64,000 nt of DNA from Pirellulales bacterium (GTDB taxonomy: Bacteria; Planctomycetota; Planctomycetia; Pirellulales; JAICIG01): NCBI GenBank assembly GCA_040901675.1, contig JBBDYJ010000020.1, forward strand, positions 64,001 to 128,000. Direction: 5' to 3'. Of the stretch, positions 33,301-42,654 are shown one piece after another. Each line of letters begins with the position of its first letter. Position 1 is the first letter of the stretch. The translations under genes and the position numbers were made by a program. Below the pieces are notes generated by a model, which saw nothing but the letters and a program-made list of their open reading frames with translations, searched no databases and was not told the origin of the DNA.

Positions 33301-33746
33301 CCGACGGCAGCTTGCTCGCTTGGGTGGAGTTCGATCGCACGTTTCACCTCTGGGATCTTGTGGCCGCCTGCGATCGCCAGGCACCTGTCAGCAAGCTGGG
33401 GGGCTGGGTTAGAACCCTCTCACGCGATTTCGACACCGTCGAGCGTCAAGAACAGGGCAAGTGGCTGCGGCTCTGGATGTCATACGATCAGGAAAGCGGT
33501 GAGATTTGGGACATGGCCACCGGACAAAAGGTGGCATTCGATGCACCTCTTTCCCGTGAGCTTGAAGTGCTCCCGGAGAAATCCAAAAACTGGTGCCGCG
33601 CCCTCAGTCCAGACAAGACACGGTGGGCCGTGGGTAATGGTGATGGCAGCCTGGCCCTCTGGGACTTGACCCGAGTGCGCGCCCGGCTAAACGAGGCGGG
33701 ACTCGGTTGGGAACAGACGATTAGTCCGCCACCGGCCGCCAAATGA
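30375..33746 (+). CDS. Ser/Thr kinase with TM helix and WD40 beta-propeller repeats
   Basis: GEGGMG, HRDIKPSN, DFGVAK and YMSPEQA, a TM segment, then many AFSPDG...WD repeats. Confidence 0.96.
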   Translation: MNERELFIAALQIDDDAQRAAYLDEACSGDAGLRERVEALLKAFTEAGSFLQQPALESSATVVEPAAEKPGALIGPYKLLQVVGEGGMGVVWMAEQSHPMQRRVALKIIKPGMDTRQVIARFEAERQALAVMDHPHIAKVFDAGTTDTGRPYFVMELVKGQPITAYCDEHCLTPRQRLELFVPVCQALQHAHQKGIIHRDIKPSNVLIAPYDGKPVVKVIDFGVAKATGQRLTEKTLFTEFGAVVGTVEYMSPEQAELNNQDIDTRSDIYSLGVLLYELLTGTTPLSRERLKQAAFAEMLRIIREEEPPKPSRRLSDSTDSLPSISAQRQMEPEKLTRLVRGELDWIVMKSLEKDRNRRYETANGLAADVERYLSDEPVQACPPSASYLLRKFVQRHKGLVATASLILIALLIAIAGTTWGLVQAERGRSAAEQARSGEASQRAEAVGNLYDSLVGEARALRLARVVGYREQAWQRLRQAAELGTPKRDLVQLRREAAACLGDFVGLDPTVLKDFGDRRISAIALHPRGHQLALGFTDGSLSLRGLPNGAEIARWSGHPGASIKSVAFDPDGKCCASAAADGTIVLGEPNIEGGWSCKWTSTIDLLDQSLPANSMTIVFTHDGKQLAGCSSGGSTIQFCLTADGQPTDRFEAPDKLSGSMALSPDGRLLAAGHRGNGEHAVRVWDIASGTVKEDLFPKLAQIADLKFSPDGKLLACGCDAGAAVFDTSTFQRQLFFLGGNIFDVDFNPDSQLLAGGTHGATRLWDLVTNRELATLLQPLAPEDPSWSDFVYSIALSQDGKTLVSASRRRIVLWNLAGATERVLLKRFAGGIPGVAFSPQGDLLASVSKDRSVTLWDPATGRLVRDLTGCQGEVQAVAFSPDGRLVAAGDWSKGESVRIWDVNTGRSLVALDPQLGEVWSVTFSRDGQYFAAGGEQGWIVWKFDKDRANGGVGAEPLLQVMTRQQIITGVGCLCFTPDGSLLAWVEFDRTFHLWDLVAACDRQAPVSKLGGWVRTLSRDFDTVERQEQGKWLRLWMSYDQESGEIWDMATGQKVAFDAPLSRELEVLPEKSKNWCRALSPDKTRWAVGNGDGSLALWDLTRVRARLNEAGLGWEQTISPPPAAK

Positions 33747-33787
33747 ACTCAGAACCCTGCCCAGGTGCCTGTCTGCCCACTTGGCTT

Positions 33788-33848
33788 CGGTTGGAAGTCC
33801 ATGCCGTAAGGAGTAACGAGCAGCGTCGGTTGGAAGTCCAGCTCCACG
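33788..33848. repeat. Two REP-like units (TCGGTTGGAAGTCCA)
   Basis: Direct repeat between the two kinase genes. Confidence 0.55.
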
Positions 33849-33885
33849 ACAAGGGACCAAGAGACACCGTCGCGGACCAGCGCCA

Positions 33886-36800
33886 ATGCACCTGAACTGC
33901 CCGCACTGTCTGAATCCGATTGAGATTCTCGAGGACCGAGCCGAGGAAGTAGTCTGCCCCTCGTGCGGTTCGAGCCTGCAGGTCGATCCCGGTCAGACAA
34001 CTGCCTTTGCACTCCAACACGGCCCGATGCGGCTGGGAAAGTTCGAGCTGCTGGACGAGCTGGGCGTGGGCGCCTTCGGAACCGTGTACAAGGCGCGGGA
34101 CACGGAGCTGGACCGCACCGTGGCCGTGAAGATACCGCGATCCGGCAACCTGGCAACGCCGGCGGATATCGACCGGTTTTTGCGCGAGGCGCGGACGGCG
34201 GCCCAGCTCGAGCATCCGAGCATTGTCTCGGTGCACGATGCCGGACAGAGCGACGGCGTTTGTTACCTGGTGAGCGAGTACGTGGCCGGGACGACGCTGG
34301 CCGACCGTCTGACAACGAGCCGGTTGGGTTTTCGGCAGGCGGCCGAGCTGGTGGCAAAGGTCGCCGAGGCGCTCGAATACGCCCACGGGCGGGGCGTGAT
34401 CCATCGCGATCTGAAGCCCTCGAACATCATGCTCGATCTGGAGGGGCAACCCCACGTCCTCGATTTCGGCCTCGCCAAGCGCGAGGCGGGAGAGATCACG
34501 ATGACGCTGGATGGCCAGGTGCTGGGAACGCCGGCCTACATGTCCCCGGAGCAGGCGCGGGGGGAGGGGCACGGCGTCGATGCGCGCAGCGACGTGTACA
34601 GCCTGGGGGTGATTCTCTACGAGCTGTTGACCGGCGAACTGCCCTTCCGCGGCAACAAGCGGATGCTGATCGTGCAGGTGATGCAGGATGAGCCTCGTCC
34701 GCCGCGCCGTCTGAACGATCACATTCCCCGCGACCTGGAAACGATCACGCTCAAGTGCATGCTGAAGGAGCCCGGCGCCCGCTACGCCAGCGCGCTGGAG
34801 TTGGCGGACGAACTGCGCCGGTGGCTTGGCGGCCTGCCGATTCGCGCCAGGCCTGTCGGCTCATTCGAACGGGTCTGGCGGTGGTCGATCCGCAATCGGG
34901 CCATGGCCGCCATGGCAGCCACGATCCTCTTGCTCGTCTGCGGCATGGCCGTGGGGTCGACCATCGGCATGCTGGTGATCGGGGAAAAGAAACGTCAGGC
35001 GGACGCGGCCCGCATTTTGGCCGTGGAGCAACGGCGGGAGGCCCAGCGACAAAAGCGCTTGGCGGAGGCGCAGCGCGACCGAGCACGGTTGGGATTCCGG
35101 CAAGCGCGGCAGGCGGCCGACGACTTCTTTACTCACATCGGCGAGGAAACGCTGCTCAACCAACCGGGAATGCACCCCCTGCGGAGGAAGCTCTTGGACC
35201 AGGCGCGCCGCTATTATCAGGCCTTTTTGAAGGAGCATGCCAACGACCCAGCGATCCGGGATGAGTTAGCCGTGAGTGCCTTTCGTCTGGGTGACGTGAC
35301 GAGCGTGATCGGTGCATCGGCGGACGCAATGGCGGCCTATGAAGAAGCGATTGCCATCTGGGAAGACCTCGCGGGGCAATCGCCCGATGCAGACGAGTTG
35401 CGAAGCAACCTGGCCCGCACTTTCGGCAACCAGGCGCACTTGCTGGCCAAAGCCGGCCGCTTGCAGGATGCTCTGCGCCTCCAGCGCCGGGCACAGGCCT
35501 GTTGGAAGGAGCTGCTGGCGAGTGATCCGGGCAACCTGGACGTTCAGAACGGGTTGGCCCGCACCCACAGCGCCATGGCGGCGGTGCAGAGAACGCTGTT
35601 TCAGTTCTCCCAGGCCATTGAGTCGTACGAGGCGGCTATCGCGATCGGCGAGCATCTTGCCTCGGCCGACACCGCAAAAGCCCGCTCCCGCCAAAGCGTA
35701 GCAGCCAGCTATCACATTCTGAAAGATGCCCCGAGCCCGGCTGGAGCGCGCGGCGAATTAGCCACGGCCTACAAGGACCTTGGTCAATTGTTGTTTGATG
35801 TGGGACGGCGAAGCGAAGCCTTGGCTCGGCTGCGGCAGGCGATTGGCTTTTGGCGACGGTTGGTCGAGGCGCAGCCCGAGATGATCGACTTCCGGGCCGG
35901 GTTGGCTCAGAGCCAGACGCTTCTGGGCGACCTGGAGCGGGCGATGGGGCTGACGAATGAAAGCCTTTGCTCCTACGAGAGCGCCGTCGCATCGCAACTG
36001 GAACTTTCGCGCCAGTTTCCCACGGTACCTGGGTTCAGAGGAGAATTGGCAAGCATTTATAACGGCATCGGCCTTCTGCATGCCCAATTGGGTCGGACCC
36101 AGGCCGGGGGTGAGGCGTACCAAGGGGCTCTCGATATTCTGCGCCCGTTAGCCGCGGACTTTCCGGAGATTACATCGTTTTCGAGCGGCCTGGCGGCCGT
36201 CCACTCCAACTATGGAAATCTGCTTCGGGCGGTGGCGCGGTTTTCCGATTCTCGCGAGCAGCTCGAACGGGCTCGAGACATGTACGCGGCCCTGGTCGAG
36301 GATCATGCACAAGTGATGGGTTTTCGCAGTGGTAGGGCCAAAAGTCATTACTTGCTAGGCTTGCTTGACGCAGAGTCCGGCGAGCACCTGAAGGCCGTGA
36401 AACAGTTTCAAACCGCAATTGCACTGTGGGACGAGCTGCGCCGCAGCTATCCGGAAGTACCCGATCTTCGAAGCGGCCAGGCGGCCGCCTACCGCAGCCT
36501 TGGAGACGCCCATCGTGTGGGGGATCAAGGTGACGAGGCGTTGCACTCATACCACCAGGCGCTGCCTTTGTATGAGCAGCTCGTCCGCGACGACGCGACG
36601 ATCGTCGGCTACAAGGCAGAGCTGGCTGCCTGCTGCCTGAGCATCGCAAGCCTGCATCGAGAGCGCGGCGAACCGGCGGCAGCGCTCGCGATGTGCCAGC
36701 GCAGCATCGCCCTTCTGGAGGAGCTGGGGCGCCTGGTTGCCGACGAGGCCTCGTACGATTGTGAACTGGGCGTTGCCTTCGAAAACCTCGGCTTGGCGCT

Positions 36801-37290
36801 GTTGCTCCAAGGGCATGGCGAAGATGCGATTGTTGCCTTGCAGCGTGGCGTCTGTTGCCAGCAGGTCGCCTTGAAGAAAGCCCCGCACGTCGCGCGCTAC
36901 CGGCTCGAGCTGGTGCAACAGGCCCGGCAACTGGCGCAAACGCTTCGCGCCGCGGGGCGATTATCGGATGCGATCGCCGGGTTGCTGGAGGTTCGCCGGC
37001 TCGTGGCGAATCAACCGTCCGCACTGTACGAGCTGGCGGAGGAAATGGCCCTGATGGCCGCCTCCGTAGCACGAGGCCAAGGGGAGTCCACCGGCACCGA
37101 ACCGGTGCAGCGGGAGGCACTCGTCGAAATCGCGGTGGAGATTCTGTGTGAATCGGTTTCCGCCGGATTGCACGACTTGGCGAGTCTGAGGAGTAACCCG
37201 ACTTTCGAGAGCCTCCGCAATCATTCACGATTCCAGGAACTCGTACCGACGAAGACTGTGCCGCCAAGCGGTTCGTCGACGCCGATGTGA
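33886..37290 (+). CDS. Ser/Thr kinase with N-terminal zinc ribbon, TM helix and TPR repeats
   Basis: CPHC..CPSC, GVGAFG, HRDLKPSN, DFGLAK and GTPAYMSPEQA, then repeated LA...LG...G...A helical units. Confidence 0.95.
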   Translation: MHLNCPHCLNPIEILEDRAEEVVCPSCGSSLQVDPGQTTAFALQHGPMRLGKFELLDELGVGAFGTVYKARDTELDRTVAVKIPRSGNLATPADIDRFLREARTAAQLEHPSIVSVHDAGQSDGVCYLVSEYVAGTTLADRLTTSRLGFRQAAELVAKVAEALEYAHGRGVIHRDLKPSNIMLDLEGQPHVLDFGLAKREAGEITMTLDGQVLGTPAYMSPEQARGEGHGVDARSDVYSLGVILYELLTGELPFRGNKRMLIVQVMQDEPRPPRRLNDHIPRDLETITLKCMLKEPGARYASALELADELRRWLGGLPIRARPVGSFERVWRWSIRNRAMAAMAATILLLVCGMAVGSTIGMLVIGEKKRQADAARILAVEQRREAQRQKRLAEAQRDRARLGFRQARQAADDFFTHIGEETLLNQPGMHPLRRKLLDQARRYYQAFLKEHANDPAIRDELAVSAFRLGDVTSVIGASADAMAAYEEAIAIWEDLAGQSPDADELRSNLARTFGNQAHLLAKAGRLQDALRLQRRAQACWKELLASDPGNLDVQNGLARTHSAMAAVQRTLFQFSQAIESYEAAIAIGEHLASADTAKARSRQSVAASYHILKDAPSPAGARGELATAYKDLGQLLFDVGRRSEALARLRQAIGFWRRLVEAQPEMIDFRAGLAQSQTLLGDLERAMGLTNESLCSYESAVASQLELSRQFPTVPGFRGELASIYNGIGLLHAQLGRTQAGGEAYQGALDILRPLAADFPEITSFSSGLAAVHSNYGNLLRAVARFSDSREQLERARDMYAALVEDHAQVMGFRSGRAKSHYLLGLLDAESGEHLKAVKQFQTAIALWDELRRSYPEVPDLRSGQAAAYRSLGDAHRVGDQGDEALHSYHQALPLYEQLVRDDATIVGYKAELAACCLSIASLHRERGEPAAALAMCQRSIALLEELGRLVADEASYDCELGVAFENLGLALLLQGHGEDAIVALQRGVCCQQVALKKAPHVARYRLELVQQARQLAQTLRAAGRLSDAIAGLLEVRRLVANQPSALYELAEEMALMAASVARGQGESTGTEPVQREALVEIAVEILCESVSAGLHDLASLRSNPTFESLRNHSRFQELVPTKTVPPSGSSTPM

Positions 37291-37401
37291 CGAGGGCCAG
37301 CCGGACAACAAACCCTTCCATCCCGGTTTCTCCCGGGAATTACCCATATTGGCGCAACGCCGACGCAGTCGCGCGCTGTTTCCCCCGCCGTTTTTTTCAG
37401 A

Positions 37402-37438
37402 AATCTTTGCGCTCGCCGGACGCAAATCTCGCATAGAG
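37402..37438 (+). promoter_or_regulatory. Candidate ECF-sigma promoter upstream of the TolB-like gene
   Basis: AATCTTTGCGCTCGCCGGACGCAAATCTCGCATAGAG preceded by a T tract, as at 30297. Confidence 0.65.
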
Positions 37439-37634
37439 GTTCAACAGCAGGCACCGGTCCGCCGAATGCAGAGCAAAAAGGATTCAAGAAGAACCGGACG
37501 GGAGCAACTCGCCGACAAGCAAAGCAGTCCCCGGCTTGACCGCCGTCGCAGGCGCCTGGTCTGCGCGCCTGGAAACACGGCATTCTCCTTCTATCGCACT
37601 ATCGCAGACCCCATCTGACTCGAAAGGTACGACA

Positions 37635-38672
37635 ATGTCTTTCACTCGACTGCGGAAGGTGATCCTGGCCCTTGTGTGCCTGAGCGTGCTTGCCGGCTCG
37701 GCCGCGCTGGCGCAGAAGAAAGGCGGCGGCGGCTCGACTCCGACGCCTGCGCCGGGAACCATCTACTTCTTGAACTGGAGCGGCGCCGGCCTGGGGTGGA
37801 AAATGAACGGAGACGGCAGCGGCAAAGCTCAGACCATCGAGGGCCAGCCCAGCTACCAGCGGCACGGCGGCTCGCGATGGTTCCTGCAGAACCAATATGG
37901 CGATGACATCCTCGGGGATTGGGGGCAATGGTTCGCCGTGGATGAAAACGGCGGAACCGTTCAGCTAACCAACGACCCTGACTTGCGCACGAACGGCTAC
38001 CCGCCCTCGTGGGCGAAAGACGACTCGTTCTTCTCCTATGCCGGCGTGTATGAAACCGAAGAGGAATGGATCGGCCGCCTGTTCGTCGTCGAAATTGACT
38101 GGCTCGAGGACGTTCCGGTCGCTGGACCGCCGACCATCGTGTTCGAAATCCGTCGTTCGGTGTTTGACGAGTGGGGCGAATGGAGTTACGAGGGGTATGA
38201 CGAGGTCAACCTGGGGAGCCACGACTGGTCACCGCTCGCAGACGAGGCCGTGCTGACACGCTGGGTTTGGGGGGAAGGCTGGGTGCTCGATATCGTTCGC
38301 TTTTCCGACGAGGGGCTTGAGATCCGCTCGTTGGTCAGCCGGGCGGCCAAGCCGGTTTGGTCACCGGACGGTGGTCGCATCGCCTTTAACCGGGAGGAAC
38401 GCTCGGGATATCAGGAGATTCAGGAAATCTGGACGATCAGGCCGGACGGGAGCGACGCCGTTCGACTCACCGAATATGTTTCCAGCAAGAATGGCGAGAG
38501 GGGCCAACTTCTGCCAACCTGGTCTCCGGATGGGGCATACCTGGCGTATACAGAGCGGGTGGTCAGCGGGAACAAGACGACCCACGACATTCTGCGCGTC
38601 CCGGCGGGTGGCGGCACTCCAACCAGCCTCACCGGCGACGGCAAGAGTAGTTGGCCTCGCTGGCGGCCGTGA
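37635..38672 (+). CDS. Secreted TolB-like (PD40 repeat) beta-propeller protein
   Basis: Signal peptide ending ALA; PVWSPDGGRIAF and PTWSPDGAYLAY repeats. Confidence 0.8.
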   Translation: MSFTRLRKVILALVCLSVLAGSAALAQKKGGGGSTPTPAPGTIYFLNWSGAGLGWKMNGDGSGKAQTIEGQPSYQRHGGSRWFLQNQYGDDILGDWGQWFAVDENGGTVQLTNDPDLRTNGYPPSWAKDDSFFSYAGVYETEEEWIGRLFVVEIDWLEDVPVAGPPTIVFEIRRSVFDEWGEWSYEGYDEVNLGSHDWSPLADEAVLTRWVWGEGWVLDIVRFSDEGLEIRSLVSRAAKPVWSPDGGRIAFNREERSGYQEIQEIWTIRPDGSDAVRLTEYVSSKNGERGQLLPTWSPDGAYLAYTERVVSGNKTTHDILRVPAGGGTPTSLTGDGKSSWPRWRP

Positions 38673-38777
38673 GGCGGGCCTGGAGGGTGTCACACGGGTG
38701 ATCGAGACGCGGTGAAGTTCGCCCGCCTTTGTAGGGTGATTGATTCTCGACACCAAGCCCATGGCCGACCTGCCCCG

Positions 38778-38939
38778 CTATTTCTCCAAGAAGAGCAGGA
38801 CGCCTGTGACAATGGCAAGCACTGCCAGCAGGTCGCCCTCGTAGCGAAAGTCGAGACCGAGGAATGGAGAGCTGAACACACCGAACAAAATGAGCCAGAC
38901 GGCCAGCAACAACATTGCCCGATTCTTTGGCAGCTTCAT
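38778..38939 (-). CDS. 53-aa two-TM small membrane protein (not in the ORF track)
   Basis: MKLPKNRAMLLLAVWLILFGVFSSPFLGLDFRYEGDLLAVLAIVTGVLLFLEK*, with an AGGGGA RBS upstream. Confidence 0.75.
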   Translation of the reverse strand: MKLPKNRAMLLLAVWLILFGVFSSPFLGLDFRYEGDLLAVLAIVTGVLLFLEK

Positions 38940-39048
38940 GATAGGTCCCCTAAAGACGAGTTTGTTTCAGTTCCGCGGAGACTCCGCTTTCACCCTAAAG
39001 AGTTAGTTTAACGAGTTGACGTGCCAGATTGGCGCCTCGAGTTGATGG

Positions 39049-39510
39049 TCACAGGCTTTCATCGTCCGAAGCGCGCTTAAGGTCATTGTCCGTGATAACT
39101 TGACGCTGGCCGCCTGGGCCGAGGAATTCGACGGCAACCCGTGGTCCCGTGCGGATCGCCTCCTCCAATCGCCGATGAAGCTCGTCGAACGTGATCGTCG
39201 AGTATTCTTGACCGGAGAGAACAAGAAGAGGATCGGCGTATTCCTGCGGGCTGCGACCCGTTCCCTTGCGGGTCCGACTCGTGATGAACACGACGGCTCG
39301 ATGGAACTGGGAGCTGCCTTGATCATCGGTTTCGACGGGCGGAGGAAGGAACTCCCCATAGGGATCGCCGTCCTCGCAGCCACATCCGGCTGTGGCGCTC
39401 CCGATGTGCGCCGGCACTGCCTGAGCCGTTACCTCGACCCACCGAGGCTCAAAAAACGGCGCAGCCGGGTCTTGAAGCTGGATCGACCACAGAGTTGCGT
39501 AAATGCTCAT
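39049..39510 (-). CDS. Hypothetical protein
   Basis: 153-aa ORF with a GGAG RBS and globular composition; no family recognised. Confidence 0.7.
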   Translation of the reverse strand: MSIYATLWSIQLQDPAAPFFEPRWVEVTAQAVPAHIGSATAGCGCEDGDPYGEFLPPPVETDDQGSSQFHRAVVFITSRTRKGTGRSPQEYADPLLVLSGQEYSTITFDELHRRLEEAIRTGPRVAVEFLGPGGQRQVITDNDLKRASDDESL

Positions 39511-39555
39511 CGCTCTCCGCTACTCCCGAACGGGCCCCGAACCGAACTGCCACGC

Positions 39556-39885
39556 TTAAGTCTCCTCGTTCTCCCGGATCTGCGCCTCAATCTCTTCGCG
39601 ATGCGCCCGCACGTAAGCCCAGGCGTTTGCGAGATCCTCAGCCCGCCAGCTCGGGTAGCTGCGGAGGATATCCGCCTCACGAACGCCCTGGCGATGCATC
39701 TCGTGCAGCACCCATACCGGAATCCGCGTCCGCACGATGCAAGGCTCGCCGCCACAGACGCCAGGCTGGCTCTCGATCCCCGGAAAGGCATCACCAAGGT
39801 CCCGCACCACCCATTGCAGAAGTTGGACCTTCTCGGCCCGGGTCAGCGACTCGAGCTTCTTTTCCAATTCGTCGAGGGCGCTCAT
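39556..39885 (-). CDS. DUF433 domain protein (antitoxin-like)
   Basis: PGVCGGEPCIVRTRIPVW...ILRSYP...DLANAWAY. Confidence 0.9.
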   Translation of the reverse strand: MSALDELEKKLESLTRAEKVQLLQWVVRDLGDAFPGIESQPGVCGGEPCIVRTRIPVWVLHEMHRQGVREADILRSYPSWRAEDLANAWAYVRAHREEIEAQIRENEET

Positions 39886-39942
39886 GCTTCGCTCCGGCGG
39901 CCGGATGAACTGGGTTGATTCAGAGCAATTCTAGCGTGCCAT

Positions 39943-40028
39943 TGGCCGAGGCGGGACTCGAACCCGCACGGTGGTTACCCACCCCGGGATTTTAAGTCCC
40001 GTGCGTCTGCCTATTCCGCCACTCGGCC
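39943..40028 (-). tRNA. tRNA-Leu (anticodon UAA), CCA not encoded
   Basis: GGCCGAG acceptor stem, TGGCGGAATAGGCAGACGC D arm, CGGGA-CTTAAAA-TCCCG anticodon arm, long variable arm and GGTTCGAGTCC T arm. Confidence 0.97.
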
Positions 40029-40190
40029 TGATGCCCGAAAACTGGCGCTCCGGAACTGCGAGAATCCGCCGACAAAGCGAGTTTAGCAATTCCAGGGGAG
40101 CCGGCACAGCTTGCGAGCGCTTTCTTGGCGGTTCGTCCTTCATCAATCGGGCCTCGGCGGGCTACAATCCCTCCGCACGCCGGGGGGTGA

Positions 40191-40230
40191 AGGCGACAAG
40201 GGGACAAGGCGACCAGGCGACAAGGGGAAA
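40191..40230. repeat. Octamer tandem array (AGGSGACA)x5
   Basis: AGGCGACA AGGGGACA AGGCGACC AGGCGACA AGGGGAAA. Confidence 0.75.
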
Positions 40231-40308
40231 CGGGGGCGGACGAAGACTGGGGCACGCTACCGCTTTGCCACCAGCCACCCAAGAAGAGGACGAAAGGAGA
40301 TCGAAGCT

Positions 40309-40785
40309 TTGTATCCGGGAATCGACGGGTTTCTCTCGACGCGGGCCTCGTTCATGCTCGACGTGGTCTGCCTGGCCATGCTGCCGATCCTCATTGCCAT
40401 GGCCTGGAGCATCTGGCTGGTCCGCTACCGGCGGCGCTACCTGCTGCACAAACGCATCCAGCTCACGCTGGGTGCGCTGCTGCTGGCCACCGTCGCGGCG
40501 TTCGAGGCCGACATGCGGGTCAACGGCTGGCAGATGCGGGCTGAACCGTCTCCCTATTTCGATACCTGGGTTTTTTACAGCCTCTACATCCACCTGACCT
40601 TCGCCATCAGCTCGGCCGGACTCTGGATCGTGGTGATCGTCCGGGCGCTGCGGCGGTTCCCAAACCCGCCTGCCCCAGGCGCGCATTCGCCCTGGCACGT
40701 CTTCTGGGCCCGCCTGGCCGCACTCGACATGCTGGCCACCGCGCTGACCGGTTGGACGTTCTACTGGCTGGCGTTCGTGGCGTGA
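40309..40785 (+). CDS. DUF420 membrane protein; start uncertain
   Basis: GFLSTRASFMLDVV, HKRIQL, LYIHLTFA and H..WARLA; four TM segments. Confidence 0.8.
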   Translation: MYPGIDGFLSTRASFMLDVVCLAMLPILIAMAWSIWLVRYRRRYLLHKRIQLTLGALLLATVAAFEADMRVNGWQMRAEPSPYFDTWVFYSLYIHLTFAISSAGLWIVVIVRALRRFPNPPAPGAHSPWHVFWARLAALDMLATALTGWTFYWLAFVA

Positions 40786-40792
40786 GCGTCGG

Positions 40793-40823
40793 GAAGGCAG
40801 AAGGAGGAAGGAGGAAGGAGGAA
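40793..40823. repeat. Heptamer array (GAAGGAG) after the DUF420 stop
   Basis: GAAGGCA followed by three GAAGGAG units. Confidence 0.8.
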
Positions 40824-40923
40824 TAAGAGCCCGCGGCGCCCGACTTCCGACCTCTGAGCACCGGCGGGCCCGGCGCAGCACGGCTTCGAGGGCCCGACAC
40901 GGCGGGGCCTCCAAGCAGTGGCA

Positions 40924-42498
40924 CTAGTTGGTTGCCGTTGCCTGGGTCGGCTCGTAAGGGCTCACGCGCTGGCCGTGGTGGCTGCCGCCGGCCGCGATCC
41001 GGTTGATGGCGTTCAGAAAGGCCTTGGCGCTGGCCTCGACGCTGTCGGTCGATACGCCGCGGCCGCGGAACATCTGTCCCTGGTGCTCGACCTCGACCGT
41101 CACCTCGCCCTGCGCGTCCTTGCCCACCGACACGCTGTGCACGCGGAAATCCTTGCACACCACCTCGATGCCGGTGATCTGCTCGATGGCCCAGAACAGC
41201 GCGTCGAATGGCCCGTCGCCGCTGGTGACCTCCCGCGTCACTTCCTCGCCCGCACGCGCCAGCGTCAGCGTGACCCGTGGCACCGTGCCGGTGCCGGAGG
41301 CCAGCCGGTAGTGCACCAGCGACCAGACGTCCGGCACGTCGCGGATCTGCTCGTCGATCAGGGCGGCAATGTCCGCGTCGTAGACTTCCTTCTTCTTGTC
41401 GGCCAACAGCTTGAACCGCTCGAAAACGGTCTGTAACTGCTCGCCCGTCAGGTGATAGCCCAGCGCCTTGACCCGGTCGGCCAGGGCCGCCCGGCCGCTG
41501 TGCTTGCCCAGCACCAGGTCGGTCTTGGCCAGGCCCACGTCCTCGGGGCGCATGATCTCGTAGGTCGAGCGTTCCTTGAGCATGCCATCCTGGTGGATGC
41601 CCGCCTCGTGGGCGAAGGCGTTGCGGCCCACGATGGCCTTGTTGCGCTGGACCTGGATGCCGGTGATGTTGGCGACCAGCCGGCTGGTCGGCACGAGCCG
41701 CTGCGTAACGACGCCGGTGCCGGCCTGGTAAAAGTCCTGCCGGGTGCGCAGCGCCATTACAACTTCTTCCAGCGAGCAGTTGCCGGCCCGCTCGCCGATG
41801 CCGTTGATCGTACACTCGATCTGCCCTGCCCCGTTCTCCACGGCGGCCAGGCTGTTGGCCACCGCCAGGCCCAGGTCGTTGTGGCAGTGGATGCTGATCA
41901 CCGCCCGGTCGATGTTGGCCACCCGCTCGCGCAGGGTGCGGATCACGGCGCCCATGTGGGCCGGCGTGGCATAGCCCACGGTGTCGGGGATGTTGACGGT
42001 GGTTGCTCCGGCATCGATGGCGGCCTCGACGACTTCGCAGAGGAAGTCGATCTCGGTCCGGGCGGCGTCTTCGGGCGAGAACTCGATGTCGTCGCAATAG
42101 CCGGCCGCGCGGCGGACCCCCTCGACGGCCCGGCGGATGATCTCGCTCTTGTCCATCCTGAGCTTGAACTCGCGATGGATGGCGCTGGTGGCCAGGAACA
42201 CGTGGATCCGCGGCTGCCTGGCGGGCTTGAGCGCTTCCCAGGCGCGGTCGATGTCCTGGTCGTTGCAGCGGGCCAGCCCGCACACGACGGCCCCGCGCAC
42301 GGTCTGGGCCACCTGGCGGACGGCCTCGAAGTCGCCGGGCGACGCGATCGGGAAGCCAGCCTCGATGACGTCGACGCCCAGCTCGACCAGCGCCTGGGCG
42401 ATCTCCATCTTCTCGGAAATGTTCATGCTGGCGCCGGGCGATTGTTCGCCGTCGCGCAGCGTGGTGTCGAATATCGTGATGCGTCGAGCAGCAGTCAT
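40924..42498 (-). CDS. leuA: 2-isopropylmalate synthase
   Basis: IFDTTLRDGEQSPG, EAGFP, HCHNDLGLA, GIGERAGN, NKAIVG.NAFAHEAGIHQDG and a regulatory domain. Confidence 0.98.
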   Translation of the reverse strand: MTAARRITIFDTTLRDGEQSPGASMNISEKMEIAQALVELGVDVIEAGFPIASPGDFEAVRQVAQTVRGAVVCGLARCNDQDIDRAWEALKPARQPRIHVFLATSAIHREFKLRMDKSEIIRRAVEGVRRAAGYCDDIEFSPEDAARTEIDFLCEVVEAAIDAGATTVNIPDTVGYATPAHMGAVIRTLRERVANIDRAVISIHCHNDLGLAVANSLAAVENGAGQIECTINGIGERAGNCSLEEVVMALRTRQDFYQAGTGVVTQRLVPTSRLVANITGIQVQRNKAIVGRNAFAHEAGIHQDGMLKERSTYEIMRPEDVGLAKTDLVLGKHSGRAALADRVKALGYHLTGEQLQTVFERFKLLADKKKEVYDADIAALIDEQIRDVPDVWSLVHYRLASGTGTVPRVTLTLARAGEEVTREVTSGDGPFDALFWAIEQITGIEVVCKDFRVHSVSVGKDAQGEVTVEVEHQGQMFRGRGVSTDSVEASAKAFLNAINRIAAGGSHHGQRVSPYEPTQATATN

Positions 42499-42654
42499 GA
42501 CTTGAGTTTCCTGTTCAAAGAGTACGGATGCGGTCAGAACAAACGAGTCGCGGTTGGCCGACCCCAGGTCGGCCCAGGCAACACCAACCGCGCCCCCGCC
42601 GCTGGACCACAGTACACCCGCATCTTCCGCAGCATCGCAAAGCACCTCATAAGC

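Noticed and set aside
33692..33705. 14-bp match (CGAGGCGGGACTCG) to the tRNA-Leu 3' end as a possible att site
   Set aside because: It is short and GC-rich, lies inside the kinase coding sequence (LNEAGLGW), and no integrase is present. Chance is the likelier explanation.
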